A stretch of 64,000 bases of DNA. Origin: Botryllus schlosseri (Eukaryota). The notes beneath the pieces were generated by a model that saw only the letters and a program-made list of their open reading frames with translations, was not told the DNA's origin and did no database searches. This document shows positions 1 to 11,700 of the stretch, piece by piece (position 1 is the stretch's first letter; each line of letters begins with the position of its first letter). Location: assembly GCA_051294905.1 (NCBI GenBank), contig CM119372.1, positions 1,302,001 through 1,366,000 on the forward strand, given 5' to 3'. A program made the position numbers and the translations under genes.

Positions 1-9
1 TTCATAACA

Positions 10-1593
10 TTGAAGGATGATCTCGCTAAAGCTAGTCTTTGTGCAATCCGCGATGATTTGCCGTTTCAGGTTGAAACCGATGCATCAGATGTGGGCATAG
101 CCGGCGTTTTGGCTCAGGGTGGCCGCCCTGTTGCATTCATGGCGAGAACACTAAGCAAACACGAGCGGAACTACCCTGCAATCGAAAAAGAAGCTCTAGC
201 TATTATCGAAGCGATCCGGAAATGGGAACACTTCTTGAAGGGTCGTCACTTCACATTAACTACTGATCAGAAGTCTGTATCGTTCATTTTTGACAAGAGA
301 AACCGAGGGAAGATCAAGAACGCGAAACTTACAGCGTGGCGGTTGGAACTTGGACAGATGTATTACGATATATGTCACAGACCAGGTAGGCTGAACATTG
401 TTCCTGATGCATTGTCTAGACATGTCGCAGCGAGCATCCCAACGACTATGCAACTTCAAGAAATTCATGACGCTCTAGGTCATCCTGGCATGGCTCGACT
501 GGGTCATTTTGTTCGAAATAGAAACCTTCCTTACACCACCGAGGAAGTCAAGGCTATATGTAGGAACTGCAGGGTCTGTGCAGAACTGAAGCCAAGGTTC
601 TTCAAAAGAAATCCTATTCCATTGGTAAAGGCTTCGAAACCCTGGGAACGGTTGTCCATGGATTTTAAAGGCCCAGTAAAAGGTCAGTTTCCTCATGTTC
701 TTATAGTTGTTGATGAATACAGCAGATTCCCGTTTGCCTTCCCGTGTAAAACGACAACGTCGGAGGCTGTAATTGAATGCCTTGAGGATCTATTCAGTGT
801 ATTTGGGTTTCCAGAATTTGTTCACAGCGATCGGGGATCGTGTTTCACCAGTAAAGAAATGAAGAAATTCCTGGCTGAAAGAGGCATTGCATTCAGTAAC
901 TCGACGCCGTATCATCCACAAGGCAACGGCCAATGCGAACGCATAAATCAGACTGTATGGAGAACTGTCAAATTACTCCTGCGTTCTCGAAACTTGCCTG
1001 AAAACAAGTGGACTGATGTTTTGAGTCAAGCATTGCATTCCGTTAGATCTCTTTTGTGTACATCGACTAACGCGACGCCGCACGAGCGGTTTTTCTCTTT
1101 CAGCAGACGCTCTATGTGTGGGGAAAGCTTGCCCGAGTGGCTATCGTTTGGACGACCGGCACTTCTGCGACGATTCGTGAGGAGGAAAGGAGACCCTCTC
1201 GTCGACGAAGTGACCATACTGGAAGCGAACAAAACCTATGCCAAAATACGGCTACCAAACGGTAACGAAGGAACTGTATCTACTTCTGATCTTGCCCCAT
1301 GTCCAACAGGTGCAGACTTGGAGCATGGTTCCAGAGTGCAGAATGACGATGGTGAAAGAAGGGAGATGTCGAAACTTGATGGTACAGCATTGGCTGACGC
1401 AGATGACGATCCTGTTTGCGATGAACCCGAAAGCCTGCGTCGCGAACTTCAAGAACCGAATTCTCCATCAAATGACGGAGCCGCCGAAAGGGACGAGACC
1501 GTTCGATCTGAAACTCCGACGCTACGGAGATCATCAAGAATCCGAAAGGCTCCCGATCGCTATGGCCAATCCGTTTCTATTATACACTCGTAA
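10..1593 (+). CDS. pol: Gypsy pol polyprotein C-terminal part: RNase H, HHCC zinc finger, DDE integrase (5' partial; frame is open from position 1)
   Basis: ETDASD...EKEALA...TDQK RNase H motifs; HDALGH...CRVC; MDFKGP...VVDEYSR...HSDRG...YHPQGNGQCER integrase core; RRSSRIRKAPDRY tail; no stops or frameshifts. Confidence 0.95.
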   Translation: MKDDLAKASLCAIRDDLPFQVETDASDVGIAGVLAQGGRPVAFMARTLSKHERNYPAIEKEALAIIEAIRKWEHFLKGRHFTLTTDQKSVSFIFDKRNRGKIKNAKLTAWRLELGQMYYDICHRPGRLNIVPDALSRHVAASIPTTMQLQEIHDALGHPGMARLGHFVRNRNLPYTTEEVKAICRNCRVCAELKPRFFKRNPIPLVKASKPWERLSMDFKGPVKGQFPHVLIVVDEYSRFPFAFPCKTTTSEAVIECLEDLFSVFGFPEFVHSDRGSCFTSKEMKKFLAERGIAFSNSTPYHPQGNGQCERINQTVWRTVKLLLRSRNLPENKWTDVLSQALHSVRSLLCTSTNATPHERFFSFSRRSMCGESLPEWLSFGRPALLRRFVRRKGDPLVDEVTILEANKTYAKIRLPNGNEGTVSTSDLAPCPTGADLEHGSRVQNDDGERREMSKLDGTALADADDDPVCDEPESLRRELQEPNSPSNDGAAERDETVRSETPTLRRSSRIRKAPDRYGQSVSIIHS

Positions 1594-1635
1594 CGATATT
1601 CATTTCGTATTGTATATTATTTTGGCGGGGGAGAA

Positions 1636-1824
1636 TGTGGTGTTAGTAATCATTGTTGATGTAATCATTACGCTTCTTTATATTGCACCCGCTGTCGTGG
1701 GTATGGTCATTCCTTATTTGCCGAGTTGCTGTTAGTTGTACGTCTCGCTAATATTAAAGTAGTATTGGACTCAGCGTTCTGCGTTCCTGGTCATTGGATA
1801 TTGGGTCTAAGTCAGGACAACTAT
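1636..1824 (+). repeat. 3' LTR of the Gypsy element (right boundary uncertain, about 1819-1824)
   Basis: Starts TGTGGTGTT right after the PPT; ATTAAA poly(A) signal at 1753; ends near GGACAACTATA. Confidence 0.7.
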
Positions 1825-3463
1825 AAACGAGAATAGCAACTGGAAGTGTTTGGAACTTGTGTAAATTACGACGAAGCTACGACTGCCTTATTACCTATAC
1901 ACTGAAATCTTTGATTGTCTTTTGCAACACACGGTTAGTAGTGATTGAGACGCTGGTGTTGTACGTTATGAGATCTGAAATAATGTATTAAAATGGGAAT
2001 GTACATTTTCCATTATATTATCGGAGACACGCTCTAGTCGTTCGCTATAGGTTTGCGAGATGTTTGAAAGATTGCTTCTGTCAATGATTTTTCCGCTTCC
2101 AACTAGTGTGTGAGATATATATATATATATATAAATACATAGAAAGAGAGTTCATTAGGTACTAAGTTAGGGATACCATATTTTTATGTCTAAGAAGGAG
2201 GAAACTTTTTACATCTGACATTAACATACAATGCAACTGGAGAATTTTACGGAAATGGGAGATAGGATTGATCGAAAAAAGCCTGTAAACTGGTTTCCGC
2301 TTTACGTTGATCTGTCATTTATTCCAACTTCGCGTCAATTGTGTAGAAAGTCAGTTTTCACGCACCTTTGCTGTCGATGTTATCATTTTAGATATCTCTA
2401 TGTCATCACCTAACACCCACTGTAATAAAAAAGGATGAATTGCCAGAAAAGAGGATAATTGGGCGTCCTCCGAGGACATTTGGGTTTTCTCGAAAAAAGA
2501 CGACATATGGTATCCCTAATTAGGCACAAAAATATTCGCATAATAAACATACCTGGACAACAATACAGGCTAAGCGACGAAGGTTTATTGCCCAATCATA
2601 TTGGCACAACAGAACTCCATATGCATATTGGCATGATTGAATCACAGCAATGTGTTGGCTATTCAGGACCAGTTATGCAGAAGACGCAGGTCGCAACTGG
2701 AATAGTGGAAGTACATTATAAAGTCGATGAACCTCGGAAACCATGAAGTATCTCTTGGTCGGTATATGGTCATTTATAATCAAGTAAATATGTTGGCAGA
2801 GACAGTATTCCGTAACTGAGTTAGTAATACCACAGATGCCATTTCCTGGGTATTTCTTGTAAAGGTATCTCGTGTTGTTGGCGGCTTCGTATTGAACTAC
2901 GGGAAAACGTGGTGTCTATTACATAGTTCCTTGTAGAAAGGGAATTATAGTAAAATAATCTGAAAAAACATCATATACAACTTAGCTGAAATGCGAATTA
3001 CGAAAGAGGCGATTTCGTGGTTAGTTTTAAATGTGCAGATTTACTCACGGACATGCGTATTTCTGAAATGATTACATATCGATTCGATGATGTGTAAAGT
3101 AATTTTTTGTGTCATGTTGCGGTTGCTGTCAAAACGCTTCTTCATTTTATTCTCAGCAAATATGAATTTTAGCGCGCTGATGACGACATCTATCGGCTTG
3201 ACGGGTATGTTTTCCATTTGTATAAAATGTGCAGTGGGCATATAGGACTCGAAAAGATAAAAATTGAGTTTCAAAAGTTCGTTTATCGAGGGGAAATTAC
3301 TTCACTAATAGTGTTGCGTCACTAATTCATTGTGATTTAATGGACAAGGATGGAGTCACAATATACATTATAAAATTATGGGAGCGGCAAAATCGTATAC
3401 TAAAATGAGTTCGGTGAGAGTCTTTCAACAGGACACAGAACCGAGTAACTTTGTTTGTCTCAG

Positions 3464-6400
3464 TTTCGGGAAATTTGCTGATTGCTTCGAATTCGACCGA
3501 ATCCACAGAATCCGGTTCGGTTAACGGAACGGGAATCACGAACATAACGACATCAGCGACTTCAACGAACTACTACGGCACAATCAACTCTTCACTGACG
3601 AATGAAAGTAATTACATATTTGACCTGTACAAACTTCCAATCCAGTTAATTATTGCCGGTCAACTTACTCCTAGTAGTTCTAGTTCTAGTTCTAGATCTA
3701 GATAAATAATTTAGTTATACTGCAATTGAAAAACACGTATCGCCGTTTGGCGTGAACCGTGACACCGGTGTTCTGTTTTGTGATGTTCTTGCAGCCATCG
3801 CTTGCTCAGAGTCATCACTACTAGCTGTATAGCAAGGGGTGGGTTTTGGGGCTCGAATCCCCTCCCGTTTCAAACTCGTAACCCTGTCCGCTTGAAATGC
3901 CGATTCTATTTCTGATATTTATTTACAATATCTTTACAATTCAGTAACTCGTCTTATCAGTTATTAATCGGTTGTGTTTTAGTTGGTTAATTGAGTAATT
4001 TTAAAAGTCGTTCTAGTTCTAGTTCTAGTTCAAAATCCGGTAGTTTGAACAGGTCCGAGTATTATTATTATATTCTTTATTCACAATAAAACTGGTAAAT
4101 ACACACATAATCCGGGAAGCAACCTGCCCCCAAAGGAAAATGGCGAGATTGGAGTAAATTTTTAAAATTTCAGTAATCCATTCAAATTGTTATTCCTATG
4201 CAATACATGGAAAAGTCAGATTACAGAATTGCAGCAGATGAAGAATTGGCAAGGGCTGCAGAGCAGAGGTAGAGAGCATTGAAAATGAAGTATCGAAATT
4301 ACAGAAATTATGCAGTGATTTACAAGTGTAATTTTAGTCCAGTGGTGCATTCAAGGCCTTCCGAAGAATGTGCACAGTGCCCAATAATGTGATCTTTTGG
4401 ATCATGTCGAATCAAACGTTACCCGGAATTTGTTGGATATGTCTCATGAGTTTTTTGCTTACGACACCTGTGGCGCCAATGACTATCGGTACAATTATTA
4501 TTATTATTCTTTGTTCACAGTATTATTATGTAGAAATCATTTAGCGGTGTTTTTTGCATCAACGGATTTTTGCGCCACTGCAATTGATATAAAGTAACCA
4601 ACACGATTCAATAAGGTTTCCGGAGATCTTTTTTACGTGACTGCGTCTTGTGTCAATTTCAATACATCGGCGATAATCTTGGCGTCACATAAAACAGGCT
4701 ATAAATACAGAGTAAGGCACACACGGAAATAATGATAGGCCCTAATTACTAGTCCTATACAAATAACAGTCAAACTATACACCAAGGTAAATACACGCAC
4801 AGACAACACCCGTGTCGTATAAAACCGAGTACTATTTCTCACATTCGCAGATGGGACTACACTGTCATATGCGCATTCAACAGTCGCTGCAACTACGTGG
4901 GACAACAGTAGCGACCAATCGTCCATTTCGACAACACCGTCAGGTGCATTCACGACTTCAGAGCTCACGTCTTTAACTGCAGACAAAAGTAGTTCAACCC
5001 AAACCACTGGGGTTTGGACGTCGTCGCCAGGTAGCAGCACCACAACAACCGACGGTGAGTGGTTTCCTTTTGCTTAAGTATTTTAAAATTACTGATGTCA
5101 GGATAACGTAAGATTCATTCGATACATTTAGCCGTTTTTCGGAGATGATAACCTCCGAAATTGCAAAGTGCATCTTCGCGATCAACGTTAAAATACCGAT
5201 GACACTACAAATCAGGGTTGTAATGACTCGAGTCATGAGTCGACTCGAGTCGCGATTTTTTGGTGACTCGACTTGACTCGAGTCATATTCTTGAAAACGA
5301 AAAATGGCTCGACACGAGTCAATTTGTGTATTGACTTGACTTGTGCTCGAGTCATTTCGCATGACTCGGACCAAGTCATATGACGCGAGACTGGGTCTAC
5401 CAAGTCAAACATCTCATTGTAATTTCGAAAAATAATTATCACACTATTATTATTTCGTCTATTAGTACTGGTACTTGAAAATGCTACCAGAAACTGATAA
5501 AAATTAGTATATTATGAATGCGGAGCATTCGATATCACCGAGCAGAGTTGTAAAAAGTGGATTTCACATGACATTAATTGGAAACTGAACATGCAACACA
5601 ATGACTTGGACTCGGACTCGAGTCAAAACACTATGACTCGGGCCCGACACTCTACTCCGTGACTCGGACTCGGAGTCGACTCGGTGGTTAATTAAAAGTT
5701 ACTCGACTTGACCCGAGTCAAAACTTTAAAAGTGAGATTGACTTGTGACTCGGAACCTTGTGACTTGGTTACAACCCTGCTACAAATACGGATGGTTTCA
5801 AAAGCACTCAAAGTATCAGCATGTAGAAAATTCGCATACTTTTAGCAGTTACTCGGAGGAGGCGGCATCTTCGCAACTAAGGCAAAATAATAAACGAAAC
5901 TTCAGATATGTGCAATTTTCGAAATAAAGTCATTTACCCTAAGCAGCTGTGATTATTTTCACCCCTCTTAAAATTAATGAAAACATTCCGCAAAACTACA
6001 TTACACTTTGCGAAATATAAAGCGCAAAAATTCAATAATTTTACCTTCGAAACTGTTAACTGAAGAGGTTGAAGTCTATAATTGTAACCACTTGAGCGAG
6101 TGGGCGAGTGCAAGTACGCAAAACATTCAAGCACTCTTTGTTCCTGGCAACCTTTGACTAATAGTAGGCTACGAGACCTCTATTACGAATGATGTTGTAT
6201 GATTTATTCCAGAGTCTTCGAACGATACTCCCGAATGTGCGGATCCGACTATGAGCAGCTACTTGCCTCTGTTAATCACCAACACCGTGTTGCTGATTAT
6301 TCTCATCCTGGTCGGAGTTTTCAACATGGTTTTACTCGTTAAGAAGAGGTGAGACTCGGAGAAGTTTCATTTAGGATTGGAAGTATAGACGACATATACG

Positions 6401-7503
6401 GACGCACTACGAAGGACATTTTTGATAATTTGAGGATGTGAATGATCTTGATTCACAGGTGGGCACTGGTCGCCAGCAGTGCTCAAAATAGTAATCATTG
6501 CTACTCAAGTAGAAGCAGAAGTAGTAGTGATTCCCGAGTAGAACAGTAACTATTCTAGGATAAGGTTTACCTAAAAAGACGAAATCTGTCAATTAGAAGT
6601 GAGGGTAGTCTAAAATCATGCTGACTTGAGTAAGTACTTCTAACAATCCACTTGAATATTCCTGAAATAAACCCACTCACTGACCACCTCTGGGCATTAC
6701 GTATTTTGTGACATAAAACCAATATGTTCAGCCGATATCAATCATATTTCTTATCTCTGTTACAAATTAGCAAAATAGAAAATAGACGTTGACTACCTGA
6801 GGCGGTCAAAGCAGTCATAGTTGATACTGAAGTAGAAGTAGAATTGACGTTTTAATTTCTATTCAAGTACAAGTAGAAGTACAGCGTTTCCGAAGTAAGT
6901 GGAATAGTACGAAGTCGTGACGTATTGTTGTGTAAAAAACTATCGTATACGTGGAACCCATCCCCCTCTCTCTCTCTCTCTCTCTCTCTCCCTAACTCTA
7001 ACCCTATTCAAGTAGAATTAAAGTCGGAGATTTCTACACAAGTGCAAAGACAAGTAGTGTTTTCCAAGTACGTAAAAAGTATTCTAAGACCGGTTATGAC
7101 TAATAAACTGAAAACTGTTTAGTAGAAGTAGAAGTAATCTGATAAACACAACCATCTGAGGTTGTAGAGCAAGTACGCAAAGCCTACGTAAGTGCTCAGA
7201 AAAAAATAGAAGTTCTTCGTTACTGACCATAGCTATGCTGAATATTCATTATAGGTATATATAGTTGAATGTAGGTTGTTTTCATCTTTATCTTTATCAT
7301 GATTTGTCTTCAGAAGCGTTGAAGGAAATATTGAATCACAGTACGCACCGGACACACTGGACGAGCCTCGATATGTTAGTCCAATAGCCAACGTCTCCAA
7401 CGCAATGACAATGTCCTCTTTCGCTGGTATGAAAAGTACCGACGAGGAAAGATCACAGGACGAATGGTCTAATTCCGAGTACGCGGCAATCCGAGGAATC
7501 TGA
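3464..7503 (+). CDS. Receptor A: mucin-like single-pass type I membrane protein with C-terminal ITIM-like motif (5' exons not found)
   Basis: Frame-compatible GT-AG exons 3464-3607, 4851-5054 (S/T-rich), 6213-6348 (TM: YLPLLITNTVLLIILILVGVFNMVLLVKKR), 7314-7503 (tail ending ...SNSEYAAIRGI*). Confidence 0.8.
3621..4056. mobile_element. MITE-like element with (TTCTAG)n tracts; second copy at 31480-31958
   Basis: Inverted ends GACCTGTACAAACT / AGTTTGAACAGGTC; internal sequence aligns by eye with the 31480 copy. Confidence 0.6.
5213..5779. mobile_element. hAT-type MITE rich in GACTCGAGTC motifs
   Basis: TIR CAGGGTTGTAA...TTACAACCCTG; perfect 8-bp TSD CTACAAAT (5205-5212, 5780-5787). Confidence 0.9.
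6479..7230. repeat. Abundant TACTCAAGTAGAAGTAG-rich dispersed repeat, probably a non-autonomous hAT/Tol2-like family (other copies about 12850-13310, 18018-18233, 22454-22660, 33850-34420, 40320-40795)
   Basis: Copies start GTG(G/A/C/T)TCAAA and several end TACTGACCA(C/T); variable number of internal repeat units. Confidence 0.6.
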
Positions 7504-8312
7504 AATGAGATATTCATAATATGTCAATTCCGCTTTTCTTAGGAGATTCTCTCACTACATGGGACAATTTTGTCACTGAGATTTTGAAGGGTTGCTTGTA
7601 GAAGCGTTAAAGAATTATGAAGAAAAGCAATATTTAGAATTTAGAATGGAATATGACTTTAATTCCGCGAGCTCGAATGTATCAGTTGCTTTTGACCTTT
7701 GCAGACCGGACCCTGCAAGCATTCTGCGAACCCTAGAACCCGTGGTCCATACATTGCTACAGAATACAGGTGCGCCAAATGAACTGTGCATCAAAAACAG
7801 TAATAAAAGAGAAAGACTATTAAACTGGAATTTTCACACAAAACAACAAGATGATCATGAATAATTGCTACAATTCGATGTGATTTCCGCTGTATGATGA
7901 GTCGAGCGTGCGTCTTGACCTCCAACAAACTCTTTGGGTTTGTGTGGACCTCTGTTAAAAACCATTGGATAATTTTTCGTTTCGCTGATATTTCTTTTGC
8001 ATATATGGATCATTATGATTTCATGTTCTGAGCAGAAAAGTGTTTCGTTGTTTTAACAATAAGTCGAACTTAACTGGCGTGTTGACGCATAAGTAGACCT
8101 TTTCGGTTCTCAACATTCTTGTCTGGTGAATGCGCCATTTATGTTGCAGAGTAGTTCCAGGTGTGCATGACTCTATAATTCTGTTTCCATCATTCCAGAA
8201 TACCAGTCTTTGCCGGAGCACACATTTTCATCGTTTGCGCTTTCTATATGTTGTCTTCTGTTACTTTCAATTTCAATTCAGTGTACACGTCTCTTATTCA
8301 CATCTTCTAGAC

Positions 8313-8654
8313 CAGTGGCTCCCAACCTTTTTCGACTCATCGCCGCATTATCAAGCTCGATATATATTTATCACCCTTATACGTTTCCGAGAAAGAGAAA
8401 ATATGAAGGGGATATTTATACAGCCCACCCTGTTCTCTTGTATACTGACTAAAACAGGTCAATTTTCGCGGCGATCCCTGACAGTCCCGGGAATGCCGAG
8501 GATAGTTTGTGGCGAAGTTCCAGAATAACCTGTATTTTGTGCCCGCGGATCCGGTTGCTGGATTAGATTAATTAAATATACATTTCGCCCCTCAATCGCC
8601 CTCCTTGTAATTTTCGCCCCCTATTCTCAAAATCGCCCATGTTGGGAACCACTG
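8313..8654. mobile_element. hAT (Charlie-like) MITE
   Basis: TIR CAGTGGCTCCCAAC...GTTGGGAACCACTG; degenerate 8-bp TSD. Confidence 0.75.
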
Positions 8655-8776
8655 TTCGAGGAGAAGGTGGGTGTTTGATTGTTACTTCAAGTCGTTTCAA
8701 CACCCTCATATATTTTCATCGTATCGCAATCTTGTGGGGCTTTAAAATGGACTGAATGTTGCCTTTCGTTTCACAG

Positions 8777-11700
8777 TGTTCGATAATGTAGTGGCACTTA
8801 TGACACGATACTTCTTAGTAAAAACCATATACCTTCTGTCGTTATTGAATAACCGTAATCCGATGAAATTCTCAACAGGTAAGCAGCTCTCGGTATAAGT
8901 TACATTCATATCAAATCATTTATACACACGAGAAGGGAAAATAAATCAATTTAAAACAAACATGTTAAAACAAGGCCGCTCTTCAAAACTTGTTTTATAT
9001 TTTTTAAAGCCATGACGTCACGAATATTCAGTTGTGACGTCATGTTGGATTGATAGTGACAATTGAAAATACAGGGTTAATATAGCTTTCTTGGCTGTTG
9101 AACCGACTATTTTAAAGGTCAACTGCATCTTCATAGACAACTTTGCGGAATCATGTTCAGAATTTTTTTTCATACCGAAATGGCCGACTTTCCGTATTTC
9201 AAACTAATCGGAAATTGCCGTAATTTGGACCGAAAGTCCCAATATTGGTATGTTTACAGAAAAAGCGGAATGTTCATTGTGACGTCATGTAGTTGACATC
9301 TCTTCTGGCCGCTGCAGATGTATGCTATAGGGTTGGCGGTCTTGCAGTAGGAGGGCGCTTATTTTAGTTAGTTATGGCGGAGGTTTCGCTTGTAATGGAT
9401 TCACCAGGCGAGTCCGAGTACTCAGATGTCGAATGTAAGTATGCTTTTTCCTCTCACTTACGAAAGTAATGTTGAAACGAGGACACGTTTCAAGTGTTGA
9501 TGTGCTCGATCCCATATCAGTAGAACTTCTTGCTGCTCCGAAAACGAGGGGTCGTTTGAGTATGATTATTGATGACTAACCTAAGGATGTTAGTGATATA
9601 TAGTATGATCAGCCTAGCGTGTTCAGCTTAAGCCGCTTGTCTAGACCAAATGAAATACACCGGTATGTGTAATTTGGTGGAGAACCTCCTTCCAGTTATT
9701 AATCTTGCATGGTATTATCAATTACAGTTGAGAGGATGGAGGTTGCCAACTTATGCAAACTATCAGGGGAGAGTGCTGCAAACAGGTCCCTCGAGCAACG
9801 AATGAATTATTAGTGCATCACAGCATTATCAGGATTTCAATCAAGAGTATGTATTGGAGATTGTCTCGCTATAGATATCAACAGGAATATTGTCATATAA
9901 TTATAACATCCAGTTTGATGCATGAGCGAATGAGTCTCATTCACATGAAATGTTGAGTCGGGTGCCAAATAATTACCCGTCAGTAACACAACAATTACGC
10001 TTTTCAGGAAGCTGAGAAAAACCGTACACGGAAATTTTGTTTGCTGGCCACTGGGATTCTGCAACAAAAGCCAACGAAAAATCCTGTCTGCGCATCCGAT
10101 CAAATCCAGTACTTTCAAAGGATTTCAATTTTACAATGCTTCGTGAAGGAATAGTTGTATTGAAAATAATAAATGCAACATAACCAATCCATCAACAGTA
10201 CTACTGTGTCAGGGAGAGAAATATAGAGTTTTGTGTCCAGCAATAGCTTCCTTCAACTAATTTTGACGATGCCGTTTGTCGAATGAGGATGAATCATCAC
10301 AATAGACTTGGTCGACTCGGCCGTTTCTGGTCTTGCTTTAATGAATGCGTCAACTTCATCATTGCAGGAATCTAGAGCAGGAGTAAAATATCACTGAGTT
10401 TTATAACAAAGTCGAATAGAAGGCAGTAGGCCTATACCAAATGCTGTTCGGAAGTATCAAAAAAATGAAGGATTGCCAACTGCATCCTACCTAACTTTAC
10501 GACTATTATGATGATAGTGATAAGTTTTCATCTTTTACTGAGAGGTCAATATTGATAGGTTCAGTCACAGATATCTGACACTCCTCATTCAATAACTAAA
10601 GTAACTAATATGATTACATGACCGCACATGTACCGTACACAAAAAGAAGTGTATTTTCAAAAGTAATAGCAACTCTTCCATTAATAGGAGGTCAGCGATA
10701 TATAACCATTATACATCATGAAGTCAGCAGGTTATGAACTCCCTTTATAGTAACTAATGCATTTATAGATCTTTTTTTCTTAATTGATTTTCAAGTGTTT
10801 TTATTTCAGACTACGTACACTCCTACTTACAAGTTTTTCAAGGCATACATATTTCAGTTATTTGCACATGCACGTGAGTGTAAACAATAATGGGCCATTC
10901 CCAACCAGGACAACAAAAGTTGGAACCACCACATTCCCAAATCTTCTGAAATTTGGTACATGCATAGATGAGTTAATTTCGAACACAATAAAGTTTATTT
11001 GAGGGAAATTGATCTCCGGGGTCAAAAGTTATGTCATTTTTAAAAATTGACGATTTTCTGCTCATTTCAGCTCTGCAGCCTTCGGGTTTATCAATGTAAA
11101 ATTCAAAAAGGTGTAAACAGATGTTGGATTACAGTTGAGATTTGGCACTGGGTTTTCTGAGTAACTAGTATATTGGTCTATATTCCCATGTGGTATTGAA
11201 TGCCATGCGGTGTAGTGTTAAAGGTTAAATTGAGGCGAAACTTGGTCGATGGTCTGAAATCGGTCAAGCGTTACACAATTTAGAATGCGAATTGAGCAAA
11301 ACCTTATAAGTATATTCAAGCGAGTAGGGTATCATATGAAAGCTGGTTACAAAGACAATTTTCCATAGCTTTTTCATTTTGGTTTTTTGACTGTAAGGTG
11401 GGGAAATCGCCATCTCAAGAGTACACTGCATTTGTCCATGGATATGCTTAAGTTTGGAATATGGTAAACCGATGGTTCCCATACTTTTTTGACTCAACAC
11501 ACCTTGTTAAGCTCAACTTATATTCATCACTACCCCTGAAGACTATATGTCAATAATACTTCGATGACTACCATACCACAGTCAATACTACTATAAGCGG
11601 TTAGTTACACTCTTACAAAACTATAGCTGACACAGTACATTTTCACTTACCGATTTCGGACACTTTGTTTAGCTTTAGAAGTGCGTTCCTCTGACATTAC

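Larger units (their letters stand above)
1..1824 (+). mobile_element. Ty3/Gypsy LTR retrotransposon, 3' portion (truncated by window start)
   Basis: pol ORF with RNase H before integrase (Gypsy order), polypurine tract GGCGGGGGAGAA (1624-1635) directly followed by TG-initiated LTR. Confidence 0.93.

Noticed and set aside
1238..1735. 165-aa ORF with hydrophobic end as a retroviral env gene
   Set aside because: Overlaps pol out of frame and runs through the PPT into the LTR; too short and without env features
7705..7769. Extra exon linking receptor A's TM to receptor B
   Set aside because: Plausible AG/GT sites and phase, but the peptide is uninformative and the donor weak; unsupported without RNA data
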